Shown here piece after piece: positions 55,397 through 64,000 of a stretch of 64,000 bases of DNA. Positions within the stretch are counted from its first letter, which is position 1. The number at the start of each line of letters is the position of its first letter. The notes beneath the pieces were generated by a model. It searched no databases. It was given only the letters and a program-made list of their open reading frames with translations, and was not told the DNA's origin. The stretch is from NCBI RefSeq assembly GCF_009914755.1, contig NC_060948.1. One strand, 5' to 3'. Source of the stretch: the human T2T-CHM13v2.0 reference genome, Homo sapiens. The translations under genes and the position numbers were made by a program.

Positions 55397-58300
55397 CAAA
55401 GGAATGGAATAGAATGGAATGGAATCGAATGCAAAGGACTCGAATGGAAATCACTCGAATAGAATGCAATTTAATAAAATAGGATCAAATGTAATGGAAT
55501 GGAATGGAAAGGAATCGAAACGAAAGGAATGGAGACAGATGGAATGGAATGGAACAGAGAGCAATGGTATAGAATGGAATGGAATCATCTGGAATGGAAT
55601 TGAATGGAATGGAATAATATGAAATGGAATGGAATGGAATGGAATGGAATGCCCTTGAATTAAATGGACTGGAATGGAATGGACTCGAACAGAGTGGAAT
55701 GGAAAGTTTTGAGATAGAATGGAATGGACTCCTTTGGAATGGTGTAGTATGCAATGCAATCGACTGGCAGGGAATCAAAAGGAATGTAATCGAATGGATT
55801 GGACTGGAATGCAATGGACTCGAATAGATTGGAAACGGAATGCAAAGGAATGGAATGGAATAGTATGGAATGGAATGGAAAGGAATGGAGTGGAATAGAC
55901 TAGAGTGGAATGGAATGGACTGGAAAGCAATGGACTGGAATGGAACTTTCTTGAATGGACTGGAATCAAACGGAATGGAATGCAATGCAATCAAATGGCA
56001 TGGAATAAAATAGAATGAAAGAGAATCAAATGGAATTGAATCGAATGGAATCGAATGGATTGGAAAGGAATAGAATGGAATGGAATGGAATTGACTCAAA
56101 TGGAATGGACTAGAATGGAATGGATTCGAATGGAAGGCAAAGGAATGGAATCTATTGGAATGGACTGTAATGGAATGGAATGGAAGGGATTGGAATGGAC
56201 TCGAATGGAATGGACTGCAATAGAAAGGATTCGAATGGAATGAAAAAGAATTGAATGGAATAGAACAGAATGGAATCAAATCGAATGAAATGGAATGGAA
56301 TAGAAAGGAATGGAATGAAATGGAATGGAAAGGATTCGAATGGAATGCAATCGAATGGAATGGAATCGAACGGAATGGAATAAAATGGAAGAAAACTGGC
56401 AAGAAATGGAATCGAAATGAATGGAGTGTTATGGAACGGACTCAAAAGGAATTGAATGTAATAGAATGGAGTGGAGTGGACTCGAATATAATGGACTGGA
56501 ATGGAATGAAATCACATGGAATGGGAACTAATGGAATGGAATGGAAAGGAATGGAATCGAATGGAAAGGAATCGAATGGAAGGGAATGAAATTGAATCAA
56601 CAGGAATGGAAGGGAATAGAATAGATGGTAATGGAATGGACTCGAATAGAATGGACACGAATGCTCAAATTGAATGGACTCGAATGGAATGGAAACGAAA
56701 GGAATGTCATCGAATGGAATTGAATCGATTGTAATGAAATCACTTAGAATCGAGTGGAATCAAATGGAATTGAATCGAAAGGAAAGGAAGCGAATGGACT
56801 GAAATGAAATGGAATGGAATTGAATGGAAAGTAATGCAATGGAATAGAATGGAACGAAATTTCACGGAATGGAATCAAACTGAATGGAATCAAATCAATG
56901 GAATCTAATCAAATGGAATGGAAAGGAATTGAATGGAGTAGATTGGATTGGATGGGATTGGAATGAAATGTACTGGAAAGGACTCGAATTTCATGAAACG
57001 GAATGGAATGAATTGGAACGGAATGGACTCGAATGGAATGGAATGTCATGGAATGGCATCAAATGGAATGGCATCAAATGGAATGGAATCGAATGCAATG
57101 GAATGTTATGGAATGGAATGGAATGCATTGGAATGGAATGTCCTCTAATGGAATGGATTCGAGTGGAATGGAATCGAATATAATGGAGTCGAATGAAATG
57201 GAATTGAAAGGAATGGGATCGAATACAATGGAATATACTGGAATGTAATGTAATGAACTCGAATGTAATTGACTGGAATGGAATGTACATGAATGGAATG
57301 TAATCGAATGGAAAGTAATCCAATGGAATAGAATCTAATGCAATAAAACTGACTCAGATAGAGTCGAATGTAATGGAATGGAGTGCAGTGCAATGGTATG
57401 GAATGGAATTGAATGCAATGGAATGGAATGGAATGGAATGGAATGGAATGGAATGGAATGGGATTGAATGGTATGGAATGGATAGTAATGGACTGGAGTG
57501 AAATGGACTGGAAAGGAAAGGACTCAAATTGAAAGGGCTCGAAAGGAATGGAGTCAAATGGAATGGTGTGGAATGGAATGAACACGAATGTAATGCAACC
57601 CAATAGAATGGAATCGAATGGCATGGAATATAAAGAAATGGAATCGAAGAGAATGGAAACAAATGGAATGGAATTGAATGGAATGGAATTGAATGGAATG
57701 GGAACGAATGGAGTGAAATTGTATGCAGTAGAAGAGAATAGAATGGAATGCAAGCGAAAGGAAAGGAATGGATTGGAATGGAATGGAATTCATTGGAATG
57801 GAAGGGAATGTAGTGTAATGGACAGGCCTGGAATAAAGTGGAATGCTACGGTCTCGAATGGAATAAAAATGTATGGAATGGAATGCAATGAAACGGAATC
57901 GAATGTCATAGAATGTAATGGAATGCAAAAAAATGGAATCCAAAATCATTGACTGGAAAGGCTGGGTGTCGAAAGGAATTGACTCCAATGGAATGGAATC
58001 GAATGGAATGGAAGTGAATAGAATCGAACTAAATCGAATGGAATGGAATTGATAGGAACGGAATGGAAAGGAATGCAATGATTTGGCATGGAATGGAATC
58101 GAATGGCATCGAATGGAATGGAATGGAATGCAATGGAATGGAATGTATTAGAATGTAATGAACTTTAATGGAATGTACTCGAAAGGATTCGACTGGAATG
58201 GAATGTTCTGGAAGTGAATGGACTCCAATGGAATGGATTCAAAAGGAATGGAATCGTACGGAATGGAATCTAATGGAATGGAATTAAATGGAAATGAATC

Positions 58301-58960
58301 AAATTGAATAGCACGGAATTGAATTGAATGGAATGGAATGCAATGGAATCTAATGAAACGGAAAGGAAAGGAATGGAATGGAATGGAATGGGCTGGAATG
58401 GAAAGGAATCGAAACGAATGGAATGGAATCGAACTGAAGAGACTGGAATGGAATGCACTGGAATGGAAGGGAGTGTAATGGAAGGTTCTCGAAAAAAATG
58501 GAATCGAATGGAATGGAATTGAATGGAACGGAATAGAGTCGAATGGAATTGAATGGAATGGAATGGACTAGAGTGAAATGGAATCGAACCACAAGGAATG
58601 GACAGGAATAGAATGGTCTCAAATTGAATGGGATCGTATGGAATGGCATCAAACGGAATGGAATGGACAGCCACGGAATGGAATGCACTCGAATGCAATG
58701 GAGTCGAAACTAATGGACTGGAATAGAATGGACTCGACTGGTACGGACTCCAATGGAATGGAATCGAATGGAAGGGAATCGAACGGAATGGACTCGAAGG
58801 GAAAAGACTGCAATGGAAAGGTCTCGAATGGAATGGAAATTAATGGAATGGAATGGAATCGAATGAAATGGAGTCAAAAGGAATGGAATCGAATGGCAAG
58901 AAATCGAATGTAATGGAATCGCAAGGAATTGATGTGAACGGAACGGAATGGAATGGAATC
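55397..58960 (+). repeat. DYZ1 unit U17 (3564 bp)
   Basis: Landmark at 55419, next at 58983. Confidence 0.92.
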
Positions 58961-61900
58961 CAAAGGAATGGAATAGAATGGAATGGAATCGAATGGAAAG
59001 GACTCGAATGGAAATCACTCGAATAGAATGCAATTTAATAAAATAGGATCAAATGTATTGGAATTGAATGGAAAGGAATCGAAACGAAAGGAATGGAGAC
59101 AGATGGAATGGAATGGAACAGAGAGCAATGGTATAGAATGGAATGGAATCATCTGGAATGGAATTGAATGGAATGGAATAATATGAAATGGAATGGAATG
59201 GAATGGAATGGAATGCCCTTGAATTAAATGGACTGGACTCGAACAGAGTGGAATGGAAAGTGTTGAGATAGAATGGAATGGACTCCTTTGGAATGGTGTA
59301 GTATGCAATGCAATCGACTGGCATGGAATCAAAAGGAATGTAATGGAATGTATTGGACTGGAATGCAATGGACTCGAATAGATTGGAAACGGAATGCAAA
59401 GGAATGGAATGGAATAGTATGGAATGGAATGGAAAGGAATGGAGTGGAATAGACTAGAGTGGAATGGAATGGACTGGAAAGCAATGGACTGGAATGGAAC
59501 TTTCTTGAATGGACTGGAATCAAACGGAATGGAATGCAATGCAATCAAATGGCATGGAATAAAATAGAATGAAAGAGAATCAAATGGAATTGAATCGAAT
59601 GGAATCGAATGGATTGGAAAGGAATAGAATGGAATGGAATGGAATTGACTCAAATGGAATGGACTAGAATGGAATGGATTCGAATGGAAGGCAAAGGAAT
59701 GGAATCTATTGGAATGGACTGTAATGGAATGGAATGGAAGGGATTGGAATGGACTCGAATGGAATGGACTGCAATAGAAAGGATTCGAATGGAATGAAAA
59801 AGAATTGAATGGAATAGAACAGAATGGAATCAAATCGAATGAAATGGAATGGAATAGAAAGGAATGGAATGAAATGGAATGGAAAGGATTCAAATGGAAT
59901 GCAATCGAATGGAATGGAATCGAACGGAATGGAATAAAATGGAAGAAAACTGGCAAGAAATGGAATCGAAATGAATGGAGTGTTATGGAACGGACTCAAA
60001 AGGAATTGAATGTAATAGAATGGAGTGGAGTGGACTCGAATATAATGGACTGGAATGGAATGAAATCACATGGAATGGGAACGAATGGAATGGAATGGAA
60101 AGGAATGGAATCGAATGGAAAGGAATCGAATGGAAGGGAATGAAATTGAATCAACAGGAATGGAAGGGAATAGAATAGACGGTAATGGAATGGACTCGAA
60201 TAGAATGGACACGAATGCTGAAATTGAATGGACTCGAATGGAATGGAAACGAAAGGAATGTCATCGAATGGAATTGAATCGATTGGAATGAAATCGCATA
60301 GAATGGAGTGGAATCAAATGGAATTGAATCGAAAGGAAAGGAAGCAAATGGACTGAAATGAAATGGAATGGAATTGAATGGAAAGTTATGTAATGGAATG
60401 GAATGGAACGAAATTTCACGGAATGGAATCAAACTGAATGGAATCAAATCAATGGAATCAAATCAAATGGAATGGAAAGGAATTGAATGGAGTAGATTGG
60501 ATTGGACGGGATTGGAATGAAATGTACTGGAAAGGACTCGAATTTCATGAAACGGAATGGAATGAATTGGAACGGAACGGACTCGAATGGAATGGAATGT
60601 CATGGAATGGCATCAAATGGAATGACATCAAATGGAATGGAATCGAATGCAATGGAATGCTATGGAATGGAATGGAATGCATTGGAATGGAATGTCCTCA
60701 AAAGGAATGGATTCGAGTGGAATGGAATGGAATATAATGGAGTCGAATGAAATGGAATTGAAAGGAATGGGATCGAATACAATGGAATATACTGGAATGT
60801 AATGTAATGAACTCGAATGTAATTGACTGGAATGGAATGTACATGAATGGAAAGTAATCGAATGGAAAGTAATCCAATGGAATAGAATCTAATGCAATAA
60901 AATCGACTCAGATAGAGTAGAATGTAATGGAATGGAGTGCAGTGCAATGGAATGGAATGGAATGGAATGCAATGGAATGGAATGGAATGGAAAGGAATAG
61001 AATGGAATGTTGTGGAATGGATAGTAATGGACTGGAGTGAAATGGACTGGAAAGGAATGGACTCAAATTGAAAGGGCTCGAAAGGAATGGAGTCAAATGG
61101 AATGGTCTGGAATGGAATGAACACGAATGTAATGCAATCCAATAGAATGGAATCGAATGGCATGGAATATAAAGAAATGGAATCGAAGAGAATGGAAACA
61201 AATGGAATGGAATTGAGTGGAATGGAATTGAATGGAATGGGAACGAATGGAGTGAAATTGTATGCAGTAGAAGAGAATAGAATGGAATGCAAGCGAAAGG
61301 AAAGGAATGGATTGGAATGGAATGCAATTCATTGGAATGGAAGGGAATGTAGTGTAATGGACAGGCCTGGAATAAAGTGGAATGCTACGGTCTCGAATGG
61401 AATAAAAATGTATGGAATGGAATGCAATGAAACGGAATCGAATGTCATAGAATGTAATGGAATGCAAAAAAATGGAATCCAAAATCATTGACTGGAAAGG
61501 CTGGGTGTCGAAAGGAATTGACTCCAATGGAATGGAATCGAATGGAATGGAAGTGAATAGAATCGAACTAAATCGAATGGAATGGAATTGATAGGAACGG
61601 AATGGAAAGGAATGCAATGATTTGGCACGGAATGGAATCGAATGGCATCGAATGGAATGGAATGGAATGCAATGGAATGGAACGTATTAGAATGTAATGA
61701 ACTTTAATGGAATATACTCGAATGGATTCGACTGGAATGGAATGTTCTGGAAGTGAATGGACTCCAATGGAATGGATTCAAAAGGAATGGAATCGTACGG
61801 AATGGAATCTAATGGAATGGAATTAAATGGAAATGAATCAAATTGAATAGCATGGAATTGAATTGAATGGAATCGAATGCAATGGAATCTAATGAAACGG

Positions 61901-62499
61901 AAAGGAAAGGAATGGAATGGAATGGAATGGGCTGGAATGGAAAGGAATCGAAACGAATGGAATGGAATCGAACTGAAGAGACTGGAATGGAATGCACTGG
62001 AATGGAAGGGAGTGTAATGGAAGGTTCTCGAAAAAAATGGAATCGAATGGAATGGAATTGAATGGAACGGAATAGAGTCGAATGGAATTGAATGGAATGG
62101 AATGGACTAGAGTGAAATGGAATCGAACCACAAGGGATGGGCAGGAATACAATGGTCTCGAATTGAATGGAATCGTATGGAATGGCATCAAACGGAATGG
62201 AATGGACAGCCACGGAATGGAATGCACTCGAATGCAATGGAGTCGAAACTAATGGACTGGAATAGAATGGACTCGACTGGTACGGACTCCAATGGAATGG
62301 AATCGAATGGAAGGGAATCGAACGGAATGGACTCGAAGGGAAAAGACTGCAATGGAAAGGTCTCGAATGGAATGGAAATTAATGGAATGGAATGGAATCG
62401 AATGAAATGGAGTCAAAAGGAATGGAATCGAATGGCAAGAAATCGAATGTAATGGAATCGCAAGGAATTGATGTGAACGGAACGGAATGGAATGGAATC
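58961..62499 (+). repeat. DYZ1 unit U18 (3539 bp)
   Basis: Landmark at 58983, next at 62522. Confidence 0.92.
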
Positions 62500-64000
62500 C
62501 AAAGGAATGGAATAGAATGGAATGGAATCGAATGGAAAGGACTCGAATGGAAATCACTCGAATAGAATGCAATTTATTAAAATAGGATCAAATGTAATGG
62601 AATGGAATGGAAAGGAATCGAAACGAAAGGAATGGAGACAGATGGAATGGAATGGAACAGAGAGCAATGGTATAGAATGGAATGGAATCATCTGGAATGG
62701 AATTGAATGGAATGGAATAATATGAAATGGAATGGAATGGAATGGAATGGAATGCCCTTGAATTAAATGGACTGGAATGGAATGGACTCGAACAGAGTGG
62801 AATGGAAAGTGTTGAGATAGAATGGAATGGACTCCTTTGGAATGGTGTAGTATGCAATGCAATCGACTGGCAGGGAATCAAAAGGAATGTAATGGAATGG
62901 ACTGGACTGGAATGCAATGGACTCGAATAGATTGGAAACGGAATGCAAAGGAATGGAATGGAATAGTATGGAATGGAATGGAAAGGAATGGAGTGGAATA
63001 GACTAGAGTGGAATGGAATGGACTGGAAAGCAATGGACTGGAATGGAACTTTCTTGAATGGACTGGAATCAAACGGAATGGAATGCAATGCAATCAAATG
63101 GCATGGAATAAAATAGAATGAAGAAAATGAAATGGAATTGAATCGAATGGAATCGAATGGATTGGAAAGGAATAGAATGGAATGGAATGGAATAGACTCA
63201 AATGGAATGGACTAGAATGGAATGGATTCGAATGGAAGGCAAAGGAATGGAATCTATTGGAATGGACTGTAATGGAATGGAATGGAAGGGATTGGAATGG
63301 ACTCGAATGGAATGGACTGCAATAGAAAGGATTCGAATGGAATGAAAAAGAATTGAATGGAATAGAACAGAATGGAATCAAATCGAATGAAATGGAATGG
63401 AATAGAAAGGAATGGAATGAAATGGAATGGAAAGGATTCGAATGGAATGCAATCGAATGGAATGGAATCGAACGGAATGGAATAAAATGGAAGAAAACTG
63501 GCAAGAAATGGAATCGAAATGAATGGAGTGTTATGGAACGGACTCAAAAGGAATTGAATGTAATAGAATGGAGTGGAGTGGACTCGAATATAATGGACTG
63601 GAATGGAATGAAATCACATGGAATGGGAACGAATGGAATGGAATGGAAAGGAATGGAATCGAATGGAAAGGAATCGAATGGAAGGGAATGAAATTGAATC
63701 AACAGGAATGGAAGGGAATAGAATAGACGGTAATGGAATGGACTCGAATAGAATGGACACGAATGCTCAAATTGAATGGACTCGAATGGAATGGAAACGA
63801 AAGGAATGTCATCGAATGGAATTGAATCGATTGGAATGAAATCGCACAGAATGGAGTGGAATCAAATGGAATTGAATCGAAAGGAAAGGAAGCAAATGGA
63901 CTGAAATGAAATGGAATGGAATTGAATGGAAAGTTATGTAATGGAATACAATGGAACGAAATTTCACGGAATGGAATCAAACTGAATGGAATCAAATCAA
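62500..64000 (+). repeat. DYZ1 unit U19 (partial, runs off window)
   Basis: Landmark at 62522; first ~1.5 kb of the unit present. Confidence 0.92.

Larger units (their letters stand above)
1..64000 (+). repeat. DYZ1: Human satellite III (GGAAT)n array with ~3.56 kb unit, most likely DYZ1 (Yq12 heterochromatin)
   Basis: Degenerate GGAAT pentamers throughout. Unique landmarks (e.g. gcccttgaattaaat, gacaggcctggaataaag, ggctgggtgtcg) recur every ~3564 bp. Each full unit has one conserved GAATTC (2390) and one GGCC (2429). 3564 bp is the published DYZ1 EcoRI unit length (Nakahori et al. 1986). Confidence 0.95.

Noticed and set aside
23-63995. Hundreds of ORFs up to 318 aa (MEWNG- and FHSIP-rich)
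   Set aside because: These are direct translations of (GGAAT)n and (ATTCC)n, which lack stop codons. They overlap in all frames, have no recognisable domain, and their frames are freely changed by 5 bp indels between units.
1-64000. CRISPR-like or other repeat-spacer system
   Set aside because: There is no constant repeat with unique spacers and no associated genes; the variable segments themselves repeat every 3.56 kb.
1-64000. HSat2, alpha satellite, DYZ2/Alu or an inversion junction
   Set aside because: There is no 171 bp or 23-26 bp period, no AT-rich 2.4 kb unit or Alu sequence, and the G/A-rich strand never switches.

Overview
The whole 64 kb window is one uninterrupted, single-orientation human satellite III array, (GGAAT)n on the + strand. 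It has a ~3.56 kb higher-order unit carrying one conserved EcoRI site and one HaeIII/StuI site. This matches DYZ1 (HSat3) of Yq12 heterochromatin; the identification rests on unit length, pentamer and restriction pattern, not on a database search. Counting from base 1 there are 16 full units (3539-3574 bp), one 5537 bp fused double unit carrying a ~1545 bp deletion, and a partial last unit. I see no genes, RNA genes, transposons or DYZ2/Alu junction, and all listed ORFs are pentamer-translation artefacts. I found no new coding system. The most interesting signals are: (i) three perfect canonical heat-shock elements (nGAAnnTTCnnGAAn) per unit, with loss and gain between units; (ii) a recent 7143 bp two-unit tandem duplication with older relatives; (iii) a homology-mediated unit fusion; (iv) mosaic units and clustered mutations. 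All unit comparisons were made by eye.
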